Shown piece by piece: positions 10,279 to 20,258 of a DNA stretch of 32,000 nt. Source of the DNA: Candidatus Saccharimonadota bacterium (GTDB lineage Bacteria > Patescibacteriota > Gracilibacteria > BD1-5 > UBA6164). A program made the position numbers and the translations under genes. Under the pieces are notes generated by a model that ran no database searches, had not been told where the DNA came from, and saw nothing but the letters and a program-made list of their open reading frames with translations. The number at the start of each line of letters is the position of its first letter. The stretch's first letter is position 1. The stretch covers positions 270,001 to 302,000 of the forward strand of contig OZ245768.1 in the NCBI GenBank assembly GCA_965227835.1. The letters are read 5' to 3'.

Positions 10279-11919
10279 ATGAAACAATTAATTAAATCAA
10301 TTTATAAAGAAAACAAAGTTATCTTTTATATAACTTTGTTTGTTACCATAGTGTCTTCTTGAGCAGAGATAGTTAGTTGAGTGATACAAAAATATATTTT
10401 GGATAGTTTGGTATTATTAGACGATTTTAAAAAAGTATGATATCTACTTTTACTTTTGTTTATATCTTACTGAGTGAACCAAATCTTTTGAGCATTAACT
10501 TATTATTTTTCAGCTAAATTTTGAGAAAAACTAGAAATGGATTACAAGAAAAAAGCTTTAGATAAATTTAATAAAATAAAATACTCAATAATTCTTGATA
10601 AAAAGCAGTGAGAAATAGATAGTATTGTATCAAAATGAGCATCTTCAATAAATAGACTTATACAAAGCTTTTTCTCTCAAATTCTTCAAAACTCAATGAT
10701 GATAATTTTTTGATTAACAGTTTTATTTATAGTTGATGAATATATATTTTTTTACCTTGTTTTCTTTTTTATCCCAATTTTTGTCCTATATTCTATTTTT
10801 CAAATAAAAAAGAGAGTACCTACTCTAAAAGATATTAACAAAAAAGATGATAAAGTATCATGAGATGTAGTTGAATATATGTCTAATATAAGAGATATAA
10901 AAATATTTGGAGTTGAAAGTAAGTTTGTTTCGTCATTTTTTCATAAATTTTTAGATATTTTTTCTCTAAACTTATTCTTATACAAACATCAGCACTATAT
11001 GAATTTCATTCAATTTATTATACTTATTTGAAGTATGTGTATAGTTTTAGCTTATACTTGATACAATATTATAAATTGAGTTTTATCTATAGGGACCTTT
11101 ATACTTGTATATCATATATTTTGAACTATTAGATTTGCTCTTTGGGATTTGGTATTTCTTTATAATATATTTGAAGAAGATATAGTAAAAGTTAAAAAGT
11201 TTTTAGAATTTTTTGAACTTGAAGAACAAAACCAAGAGATAGAAAAACTGGACTGAAAATTTAAGAAATTAGAAGTTTCAAATTTAAATTTTTCATATGA
11301 TTGAAAAACAGAAATATTAAAAAATGTGTCATTTGAGCTGAAATCTGGAGATAAGATAGCTATTATTTGAAAAAGCTGACAATGAAAAACTACACTTACT
11401 TCTTTGATATTATGATTATTTGATTGATATAAGGGTAATATTTTGTTTAATAGCAAGAAAATAAATGGTAGAATAGATTCTATATTTTCGTATGTAGCTC
11501 AAGATACAAAAATGTTTAATGAAACAATTAGATTTAATATGACACTATGAGAGAAATTTAGTGATAAAATACTTGTAGATATGCTGGAAAAAGTATGACT
11601 TAATTATTTGAGTTCTAGGGTAGATTCGGGGGAAAATATACTTGATATACAAATAGGTTCTGACGGGTTAAAACTTTCTTGATGAGAAAGGCAGAGGTTA
11701 GGTATAGCAAGAGCTATGATAAGACAAAAAGATATTTATGTTTTTGATGAGATAACTTCCAATTTAGATGAACAAACTGAAAAATCTATCTTGGATTTAA
11801 TATTTAAAATAGCTAAAGACAAGACTTTTATAATTATTACTCACAAAAAAGAAGTTCTTAAAAAAGTTGATGTGATATATGAAATGAGAGACGGGAATTT
11901 AAGTTTTGTTTGACAATAG
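10279..11919 (+). CDS. ABC transporter, fused permease/ATP-binding protein (type I exporter, MsbA-like; 546 aa)
   Basis: I parsed all 547 codons and found no TAA/TAG. The N-terminal half contains six hydrophobic segments. Walker A is GKSGQGKTT (11368-11394, three of its Gly are TGA). The ABC signature is LSGGERQRL and Walker B is IYVFDE. Track ORF 11716..11913 is the in-frame tail. Confidence 0.9.
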
Positions 11920-11970
11920 TTAAATTATGAGTAAATACTTAGTATTTTTAAAATTTAAATTAATAAAATT

Positions 11971-12531
11971 ATGTCTAATGAATTATTTATATGAGAGGGG
12001 ATTTCTACTTTATATCCACCTGAAAAAAAAGTTTGAGTTACAGGCATTCCAGAAAAATTTAGATTAGATATTGCTACTAAAACAAATTCTTTAGTTTGAA
12101 CCTTGGATAATAATCAATGTAATATTAGTTATTGAATAACTGATAATGTTGATGGTAATAGAGAACATAGCAATAAAGATAATCAAAAACTCGTATGGGT
12201 GGCTAATTGAGAATTAAATGAAGAATCAGCTTTGGTTATATCATTTTTAAGAGGAAAACTAAATTCTATATTATCATGAAAATCTTTTGTTTTAACTTGA
12301 AGAAAGCTAGAGTGATTAGACTATCTTTTAAATAAAGAAGTTTCAAAAGATGTAATTGAAAATATTATAAGAAGCAAAGATTTTGCTTATAGTATTATGA
12401 ATGATTATATGTGAGCTACTCAAACCATAAAAATAGACAATTTTTGAACTTTTAAAGTTATATCCTTACTTTGAGATAAAAACTATATTTTCCTAGAAAC
12501 TGATTGAAAATATTATAATTTAGATGTTTAA
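11971..12531 (+). CDS. Hypothetical protein (186 aa)
   Basis: It spans 187 codons without TAA/TAG. It starts 51 bp after the ABC gene and ends 39 bp before the pirin gene, so it is probably in the same operon. I recognised no motif. Confidence 0.6.
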
Positions 12532-12570
12532 ATTAATAAATAAATCTAAAATCATCAAGTAATTACCAAA

Positions 12571-13266
12571 ATGAAAAACACAATAATAAATAAAAGCCAG
12601 CTATACAAATCAGATCACTCTTGGCTTACAAGCTATCATATTTTTTCTTTTGCAGATTATTACGATAGCAACAATATAGATTTTTGAAACCTAAGAGTCT
12701 TTAATGACGATTTTATAAAATCTGAAACTTGATTTTGATTACATCCTCATAGAGATACTGAAATACTAACCATAGTTTTAGAATGAGAAATAACTCATGG
12801 AGATAGTTTATGAAATAAACAAACTACCAAAACTTGAGAAATACAAACTATTACTGCAGGGACTTGAATACTTCACAGCGAACAAAATCTTTGAAAAAAG
12901 GATGTGCATTTATATCAAATTTGGTTTAAAACAAATAGTTTCTCACTAAAACCAGAATATAAAAGTCATAAAATAAATTTAAAAGAAAGTAGTCTTAACT
13001 TGCTAGCTTCCCTAAAAAAAGAAAATAATGTATGATTTTTAAACTCAGATGTATCTGTTTATAGATGAAAATTTGATAAAGATGATAACTTTGAGTTTGA
13101 AATAAAAAAATCAAAAGGCTTATTTTTATATGTTTATAAATGACAAATTGAAATAGACTGAAATAAACTTCAAACTCAAGATCATCTAAGATATTCCATA
13201 GAAGGAGTATATAAATTTAAAATCTTAGAAAAAAGTGATTTTATATTAATAGAAGTAAGCTTATAG
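12571..13266 (+). CDS. Pirin family (cupin) protein (231 aa)
   Basis: The motif HPHRDTEILTIVLEGEITHGDSLGN...TAGTGILHSEQN matches the pirin metal-binding motifs HxH...E...H. The stop is TAG at 13264-13266. Confidence 0.85.
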
Positions 13267-13492
13267 AAGTGTAGATTTTTGGTTAGAGTCTTTGCAAAAA
13301 CCTTCAAACTTTTTTTATAAATATTAATTTTATAGAGATTTCTAATACTTATCAAATGGCTAAAGCCATCTGTTGAAAATAGGCTTCAACTTAAATAAAA
13401 AACTTTGTTTTTTACTTAAATGGAGTTCTCAAAACTATTCATATATAAAAAGATCTAAAGCTCTCTGCCCAGAAAAAAAATTCTATTTAATC

Positions 13493-13550
13493 AAAAAAAA
13501 GTTTGATATATCAAACTTTTTTTTGACATATAATTCTATCTTTATATACT
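13493..13550 (+). promoter_or_regulatory. 32-bp perfect palindrome overlapping a sigma-70-like promoter for the small peptide gene
   Basis: The palindrome aaaaaaaagtttgatatatcaaactttttttt occupies 13493-13524. TTGACA lies at 13523-13528, followed by a 16-nt spacer and TATACT at 13545-13550. This is about 35 nt upstream of the ATG at 13585. Confidence 0.45.
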
Positions 13551-13584
13551 CCAAAGATAATTTTATATTTTAAAGAATAAATTT

Positions 13585-13797
13585 ATGAGTGTTCAGATGT
13601 ATAAACCAAGTATAGAACCTAGTAATTTAAATACTAATACCACAAAATCAAGCCTTTGATCAAATCAAGAAGCTACAAGAGACTCAGCTAAAAAAATACT
13701 TACTTGTTGTTGATGATGTTGAACTAAATGTAGTATAAATCAAAAATGAGTAAAATATTATAAAGATGATAAGTGAAAAAAAAGAGTGTTTGTATAG
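13585..13797 (+). CDS. Small Cys-rich hypothetical peptide (70 aa)
   Basis: The product is MSVQMYKPSIEPSNLNTNTTKSSLGSNQEATRDSAKKILTCCGGCGTKCSINQKGVKYYKDDKGKKRVFV. It is open only under code 25: the CCGGCG stretch is tgt tgt tga tga tgt tga at 13705-13722. It has its own promoter-like element and a terminator. I recognised no homology. Confidence 0.5.
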
Positions 13798-13847
13798 AAT
13801 TTATGTTAGTGATAGATTGAAAAATTAACATCTATAAAAAAATAAAA

Positions 13848-13879
13848 GCATCCCTTGTATAAACTAGGGAGCTTTTTTT
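13848..13879 (+). terminator. Intrinsic terminator after the small peptide gene
   Basis: The hairpin gc(a)tccct-N10-agggagc is followed by T7 (13873-13879). Confidence 0.6.
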
Positions 13880-13883
13880 AAAA

Positions 13884-13979
13884 AAGAAAAATTTATTACA
13901 AGAGCAAAGAGCTAAAACCCTTTGTTGATAAAAGAAAAATTTCTTACAATAGCAGAGAGCTGAAGCTCTCTGTTGATAA
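13884..13979. repeat. Two tandem ~48-bp units: AAGAAAAATTTCTTACAA-hairpin-TGTTGATAA
   Basis: Unit 1 is ...gaaaaatttattacaagagcaaagagctaaaaccctttgttgataa. Unit 2 is aagaaaaatttcttacaatagcagagagctgaagctctctgttgataa, with stem cagagagc/gctctctg. On the minus strand they lie directly after the hrpA stop and are each followed by a T-rich run, so they probably also act as its terminator. A third copy is at 18294-18345. Confidence 0.75.
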
Positions 13980-13985
13980 TGAATT

Positions 13986-16900
13986 TTAATTAATTCTTTT
14001 AATTTCTTCAAGGCAAGAACTATATTCAGCTACTCTTTGTTCTAATCATTCTATAAGTAATTCCATAACAGAAATATCTTCTAGTGAATTAAGTTCATCT
14101 TTATAGTTTTTATAATTCTCAATATAGAAAAGCAAATCTTCATATTTGGATATAAGAATGGCTTTTTTTATTATTTTTTCATCTTTTATTTTTGAAAAAG
14201 AAGATTTTAGGATAAATTTTATTATTATTTGTTTCACTCATACCCTCTTATTAATACTATCCCTAACTATATCTAAACTAAGGTTAAAAATCTTTGGATA
14301 TAAAACACTATTATAATAATCTAAATCAAAAAAATCTATAAAAAGCTTATTTATAAACTTATTTAAATCTCTCAAAAAAGGTATTGACTCTAAATTTATA
14401 TAAGATAGCTCTTTTGATATTTCTTTCTCTAAATTATTTTTAATTTTTTGTAATTCAGGGATGAAGCTCTCAAACCTTTTTATTCAAACAGATTTTTTTT
14501 CTAGATTTCCAGATGAAACCAATTCAATTGCTTCAAAGAAGTACTTTCTTTTTTGTTCATCAAAATACTTAAATTTATAAAAAGCTCTCATCAAATTCTC
14601 ATCAAACACAAAATCATCTTTTTCTAATTTTTCTATATTTCAAATAATATTTAGTACAAAAGATGTTCTCTTTTGTAATTTAGATAAATTTTTCTTTCTT
14701 GTAGTCATTTGACCCATATTTCTCAAAACTTCTTGCAAAAACAAAGATTTTCTTTTCTCCAACTTATCCAAATGCTTTTTACTTACAAGTTCTTCATTAA
14801 TACTTAATAAAATATCTTGTATATTTTGTCTAGTTATACTATCTAAAATATTTTTATAACAATTTTCTAGCTTTTCGTAAAAAGGATGCATTTCAATATT
14901 TTCAAAATGTCTATTTAGTATTTCTTTTTTTAATTCATCTACACTAACTAATTCATTTGAGCTTATTTTACCTAAAATTCTTAAATAATTCTTTTTTAAT
15001 TCTATAAATTTTTTTGTGTTTGATTCATTTTGATCTTCGCAGTAAATCTCTGGAACTTCAACTTTTTCTGCAACTCATTTATAATCCAAAGAAGAAAAAT
15101 CCACATCTTTTCACGATAAAAACTTTCTTATAAAAGGATCTTCACTATTTAAGAAATTGCTTAAAATCAGGGAATCATGTTTGAATCTCCTTTCGGTATT
15201 TGCTATACTATATGGTTGTATTCTGTGTTTCTCTTCTTCCAATATAAACCTTTTCAAAAGCTCTCTAAAAGTATAAATATATTTTTCATTTCTTCATTTC
15301 AAGAATTTCTTTATTTTTAAGTTATGTGCTATCAAAAAATCAGGTAGACAGTATTTTAGATAATAATCCAAAGCATTATAATTTGTATTAAATGAATTAC
15401 AGTTTATTTTATGTGAATATACCTCCAAAGCACTAGAATAATTTTTTATAGCAGTTTCTAAATTTAGTCTATCAAAATCAATATTCAATCCACTTATATC
15501 TTTTTTCTTCAAAAGATGCTTAAAAGGCTTTATATCTTCTTCTTGTATCTTTTCTAAAAATGTTAAGATATTTAAATCAGATTTGCTTCCGTCTCATCAT
15601 ATAATAAAAGGTGTAGCTATATATAAAGCCTTATCTTCTTTTTTTACAATACTTACATCTCAAGATATAAATTTCAACAAGCATTTTTTATTATATTTAC
15701 TCCTAAAGGTATTGCTTTTTTTATTATAAAGATAAATATTATGAAGATTTCAAGAAACAAGACACATCTTTTTATCATACTCGCTTCAGCTTTCTAATAA
15801 TTTTATTCCAAGTTCATTAAGTCTATTTATAAGTATTTCTATAGTATTTTGTATTTCTTCTATTTTTTTATTCTTTATTCAAACAGGATATAAATCAACT
15901 ATTTCAAAAAGCATATATTTTCAATCAAAACTACAAAAATTGTTTAATTCATCTTTGTCTATTCATAAATCTAAAAGTTCTTTTATTTTTAATTTATTTA
16001 GTCTTCTTGATTTTACAAGATTAAATAATTCTAGGTAGTAGAATAAATCAGAATTTTTATCTCTTTTTATGTTTATCTTTTTCCATTTTCAAGATTTTGA
16101 TAAAAATCATCATTTTTCAATTATTGAGACTATTAGTAAAATATCCTTGCTACATCATCTTTTTATTGATTCTAAAAGAATTCTTGAATTATAAACTCAA
16201 AGGGGGAATATAACAAGTTCTCTACCGAGTTTAGTTATTTTGTTTTTAAAGTCTAAAGCTCATATCTCATATAGTCTTTCATATGCCAAATTCAAAAGAT
16301 TTTCGGATACATTATGAAAAAATAGTTTTTCTCATACTTTTTTTGATTTTTTGTATTCCTTTTTTACGTCAAACCCATTAGTCATCATCACAAGTATATA
16401 TCTTTCAAGCATTTCTCTCTCTATAGGAGATTCTGGAAACTCCCCTAATTTTTCAAAATCAGTATTATTTGCTCTTATGTATTCACCCTTATGTGTTCTA
16501 CCAGCTCTACCAGCTCTTTGAATACAATTAGCTTTGTTTATATTTTCTATTCTAAGTTCTTGTATTCAAAAATCATTAGTTCTTACAATTTTGTGAGTTC
16601 ACAAATCAACTACCAAATCTATATAATCTATTGTTATACTTTCTTCTGCTATATTTGTAGATACAATTATTCTTGTTTCTCACTGACTTTTTGTTAAAAG
16701 TTTTTGTTGTTCTTCTTTAGGTAAATCTGAGTGTAGGGGATAAATACCATTTTTACTTCATATACTTTTTGATAGTGAATCTATAGTTTCTTCTATTTCT
16801 TTTTTTCAAGGTGCAAAAACCAATATATTTTTGCCTTTTTTATATGCTCCTGAAATAGTTTTTATATATCAATTTTGCTTGTTATAATATTTATCTACTT

Positions 16901-17549
16901 CATGTGTTCTACCAGGTATTTTTAAAACAGGTATATTTGAGCTGATATTTTTGAAATATTGTTGAAATATGTTTGGATCTAGAGTTGCTGACATTATTAT
17001 AATTTTAGACTTCACTTTATATTTATGCATCATTGCAATAAATTCTGTTGATATAGAAAAATTATGTACTTCATCTAAAATCAACAATTCTGGAAATCTG
17101 TTTGAAACAAACTGTCTCATTAACTCCAAAGCATCAGTATGAAAAGATATTTTTGATATTTTATTAGAGCTATTTCATTGTCATGTTCTATATCAGACTT
17201 TGTATCCCAAAGAAAATCTAGGATCTCAGCTATCTGCTAGAAATTCTTTAGAAACTCTATCTGAATTGCTTATAGCAGCTAATACTCTAGGTTGAGTAAC
17301 AATTATTCTTTTGTAATCATTTATAAGCATTTTAGGCACCTGAGTTGTCTTTCCACTTCAAGTTTCTCATTGTATTATTGTAATCATACTTTCTTTAACA
17401 CATTCTCTTATATCATCCTTCATACTTGTTGCAGGAAGTGTTTCAACGGTTTCAATGATTTTAAGCCTGCCATCTAAACTCATCTTATTTCAATACATAT
17501 CAACTACTGATCAGTCTTTTTGTTCTCAAGGTGTTAATAAATTTTCCAT
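13986..17549 (-). CDS. hrpA: ATP-dependent DEAH-box RNA helicase, HrpA-like (1187 aa)
   Basis: It spans 1188 codons, and four track ORFs (14046.., 14640.., 15294.., 16869..) fall in this one frame. Walker A is GETGSGKTTQVP (17343-17372, two Gly are TGA). Other motifs are DEVH, SATLD, IPGRTHEV, TNIAEESITI and QRAGRAGR, followed by an HA2/OB-like region and a long C-terminal extension as in HrpA. Confidence 0.9.
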
Positions 17550-17815
17550 AAATACAAAAGTAATAAATTTCTTAAAATAAAATTTAGTTTTCTCCTTATG
17601 AAAGTTTTTTTGATATTTAGGAAGAAGCTGGAGAATTCTTTAATATTTGACAAAATAATAAATTTTTCTGGTGAAAATTATCAAAGAAGAATTGTTTTTC
17701 TTTTAAATGAATTTTTCATGACTTATTTAATAAAGCAGTGATTTTTAATTGATTTTTTTGAATAAAGTTTTTGAGAAAGAATTAGTAAAAGATATTTTCT
17801 TAAATTTTCCCTTAC

Positions 17816-18076
17816 TTATAATTTTAAAATAGGTTTCTTCACTTTAGTAAATCTTCTTTCATTAAGAATACGGACTTTATATTTTTCAAAATCTTTGCTT
17901 TTTATTGTAATTAAATTTTTTGGGTTAGAGTCTTTTTTAAAAGTGAATTCACCATTAAGACCGGACAAAGCTAAAATAACTTTATGTTTAACTCAATTTA
18001 TAGAAACCTTCCATCATTGTTGTAAATTATTAGGTCTAAAACATTTATAATAAGAAAGACTATTATTATTTGACAT
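17816..18076 (-). CDS. Hypothetical small protein (86 aa)
   Basis: It spans 87 codons from ATG at 18076 to TAA at 17816-17818. The product begins MSNNNSLSYYKCFRPNNLQQGWKVSINGVKHKVILALSGLNGEFTFKK. I recognised no homology, and the call rests only on ORF length in AT-rich DNA. Confidence 0.45.
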
Positions 18077-18235
18077 ATTTTTAAGATAAATAATAAAAAA
18101 ATTATAATACTTAAAATAGGCATAAAAATAATTTAGTCAAATTTAAGTTTTACATAATTTTTTACATAAATAAATTTTATCTCTTAAATAGAAATAAATT
18201 CTTGATTTTTAGATGTTTAAATTTTTCCATTTTAT

Positions 18236-18263
18236 AGTAAACTAACTTGTAAGTTAGTTTACT
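18236..18263. promoter_or_regulatory. 28-bp operator-like perfect palindrome (13-bp arms, 2-bp spacer)
   Basis: The sequence is agtaaactaactt-gt-aagttagtttact. The half-site gttagtttact recurs at 18401-18411 with an imperfect partner (taactaac-ga-gttagttt). It lies in the divergent intergenic region between the 86-aa ORF and fic. Confidence 0.55.
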
Positions 18264-18293
18264 GTTGATAAATAAATTAGATATCTTCTTTTC

Positions 18294-18345
18294 AAAAATA
18301 GAAATTTCTTACAATAGCAAAGGGCTAAAGTCTTCTATTGACAAA
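18294..18345. repeat. Third, isolated copy of the TTACAA-hairpin-TTGA(T/C)A repeat unit
   Basis: atagaaatttcttacaatagcaaagggctaaagtcttctattgacaaa aligns with the units at 13884-13979. Confidence 0.65.
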
Positions 18346-18411
18346 AAATAAAAATTGTCTTTTTGATAAAAATTGTATTTTAAAATATTCTAACTAACGA
18401 GTTAGTTTACT

Positions 18412-18525
18412 ATAGGTAAAAACTTTACTGATTTTTTTACCTACAAACGAGATAGGTAAAATTTTTTGCTTTTTTTTTACCTATAAATAAGATAGGTAAA
18501 AAATTTTATCTTTTTTTTACCTATA
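18412..18525 (+). promoter_or_regulatory. Three tandem ~34-bp palindromes (ATAGGTAAAA-N-TTTTACCTAT) ending 4 nt before the fic start codon
   Basis: P1 (18412-18444) is ataggtaaaaactttactgatttttttacctac. P2 (18452-18485) is ataggtaaaattttttgctttttttttacctat. P3 (18492-18525) is ataggtaaaaaattttatcttttttttacctat. The period is about 40 bp. Confidence 0.7.
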
Positions 18526-18529
18526 AAAA

Positions 18530-19621
18530 ATGATTAATACCAAACCTTACAATGATTTGCCTCTTTTACCTTTTTGTTTTCAAGATTTTATGACAAATGA
18601 GGTTTATAAAAAGGTTATTAAAACAAATAAAGAATTAGCTAGATTAAACGGTATAGAGCAAATGAACAATAGGAAAATATCTTCAATTTTTCTAAATTCA
18701 CTTGTTTTAACTGAATCTATAGATTCAAATATTATTGAAAATATAAATACTACTATAGATAGTGTTGCTTTATCTAATGCTATAAAAAATATAAAATGAA
18801 ATGAAAAAGAGACTATTAGATATAAAGAAGCTATGATTTATGGTTTGGAAGAAATGAGATCAAAAAATAATCTATTATCAACTAATATCATTGTTTGAAT
18901 TCAAGAAAAAATTGAAGAAAATTCTGCTTGAGTTAGAAAAGTACCTTGAACTAAATTGAAAAATGAAAAAACTTGAGAAATAGTTTATTATCCACCATAT
19001 CCAAATTTTTTAGATAAGCTATTAAATAATCTTGAAAAGTATATAAATGATGAAAATATTCATGAAATAGATGACTGTATCAAAGCTTCTGTGATACATT
19101 ATCAATTTGAATCTATTCATCCTTTTTTAGATTGAAATTGAAGGACTTGAAGGATATTAATTCTTTTATATTTAATTAAAAGATGACTTTTAAATTTTCC
19201 AATATTGTATGTTTCATGATATATAAACCAAAATAAGTCTGATTATTATAGGCTTTTACAAGAGGTAAGAACCAAAAATAATTGGGAGGGTTATATATTG
19301 TATATGTTGGATGCTATAGAAAAGCAATCAAAAGCTACATGAGATAAGATTTTGAAAATAAATAGTCTTTATAAAAGCAAATTAGAGAATTTTAAAAAAA
19401 GCTCTGATTTGCCTTGAGTAGATACCTTGTGTGATTTACTATTTCAAGAGATATATATTACATTTTGAGAAATTCTCAAAAATCTACAAGTAAGTAAACC
19501 TACTTTGATAAAAAAATTAAATGAACTTGAAAATTTAGGTTTGGTAAACAAGATTAAAGACTGAAAAAATACGATATATTTTTTATGAGAATATTTAGAG
19601 ATTCTTAAAAATAACTGATAA
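18530..19621 (+). CDS. fic: Fic family protein (class II, AMPylase-type) with a C-terminal winged-helix-like domain (363 aa)
   Basis: The Fic core HPFLDGNGRTGR lies at 19118-19153, and all three Gly are TGA. The N-terminal inhibitory-helix motif [S/T]xxxE[G/N] appears as SNIIEN (18725-18742) within TESIDSNIIENI. The C-terminal LQVSKPTLIKKLNELENLGLV is HTH-like. The stop is TAA at 19619-19621. Confidence 0.92.
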
Positions 19622-19631
19622 TTTTAGATAA

Positions 19632-19672
19632 ATAGAAAGCCCCATAAATCTTAGATTTATGGGGCTTTCTAT
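19632..19672. terminator. Bidirectional terminator hairpin between fic and the convergent repeat-protein paralog
   Basis: agaaagccccataaatct / agatttatggggctttct is an 18-bp perfect stem with T-rich sequence on the + side. Confidence 0.7.
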
Positions 19673-19708
19673 TTTGAAGCAATTTTTTTATATTATTATA
19701 TATAAATT

Positions 19709-20091
19709 TTACTCATTCTCTCCTTCTATTTTTTTCAGTAATTCAGGCATTTTTTCTCTAACATCACTTACATCAAATCCATTTTCCTCAGCCTCTTTAA
19801 CTTTTTTTTCAAGAATATCATAAGAGCTTTTAAATAAAAATTTTTCAGTTCCAGACAGAGCTTCTCTAATCTCTTTACGAAGTACTTTTTCAAATAATTC
19901 AGGCATTTGTTTTTTTACTCTATCTATGTCAATATCGAGTTTATCTTCTATTACTATTCTAACTTCATCAGCAACATCATCATAAAGATGTCTACTTAAT
20001 TTTTTTTAGCAAGAGAGAACTTTTTATTAATAATTTTAGAAGCTACGTGTAATGCCTCACTAGAACACATATGATTAGGAGTACGACCCAT
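19709..20091 (-). pseudogene. Single-repeat paralog of the 52-aa-repeat protein, frameshifted at a homopolymer
   Basis: The ATG at 20091 opens a 31-codon ORF that stops at 19996-19998. The downstream frame encodes ...LYDDVADEVRIVIEDKLDIDIDRVKKQMPELFEKVLRKEIREALSGTEKFLFKSSYDILEKKVKEAEENGFDVSDVREKMPELLKKIEGENE. The two frames meet at T8 (20000-20007), and one extra T would give a continuous 127-aa ORF. The 53-bp 5' leader is near-identical to that of 21109..22386. Confidence 0.75.
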
Positions 20092-20258
20092 AATAAATTT
20101 AAATTAAAAATTAAACTAACAATGATATGTTATCATATATAATTAATCCAACACTAAACCACCAGCTCTGCTGGTGCGAGTAGTGGAGGTTTTACCGTTC
20201 CGGTAGTTGTGTATAATCTTCTAGGAAGCACCTAGGAGGGGAATAACTTTTTAAAGAT

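Noticed and set aside
13373-13573. A 66-aa track ORF (TTG start) in the pirin/small-peptide intergenic region, and a 56-codon + strand ORF at 17598-17768
   Set aside because: Both are low-complexity, Lys/Phe/Ile-rich translations typical of random AT-rich DNA. The first overlaps recognisable hairpins and promoter elements. Neither has homology or supporting context.
9649-13797. ABC exporter plus the small Cys-rich peptide considered as a bacteriocin/RiPP cluster
   Set aside because: The exporter lacks an N-terminal C39 peptidase domain. The peptide gene is separated from it by two genes and has its own promoter and terminator. The peptide has no double-glycine leader. No modification or immunity genes are recognisable.
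13922-13979. TGTTGATAA (reverse complement TTATCAACA) resembles a DnaA box (TTATCCACA), raising the possibility of a replication origin
   Set aside because: Only about five scattered, imperfect instances occur (13376, 13922, 13970, 18264, 18337). There is no dense cluster, no dnaA/dnaN nearby and no AT-rich unwinding element distinguishable from the background. Each instance is tied to a hairpin repeat unit instead.
13986-15500. The ~480-aa C-terminal extension of the DEAH helicase considered as a novel effector domain, and hrpA + 86-aa ORF + fic considered as a defence island
   Set aside because: Bacterial HrpA proteins normally carry a long, poorly conserved helical C-terminal region of this size after the HA2/OB module. 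The genes are divergently or convergently arranged with their own terminators, and no nuclease, sensor or other defence hallmark is present.
18412-18525. Three regularly spaced ~34-bp repeats considered as a mini CRISPR array
   Set aside because: There are only three units. The 'spacers' between them are 6-7 nt. The variable part is the loop inside each palindrome. There are no cas genes in the window, and the array abuts a start codon. An operator or leader-hairpin interpretation fits better.
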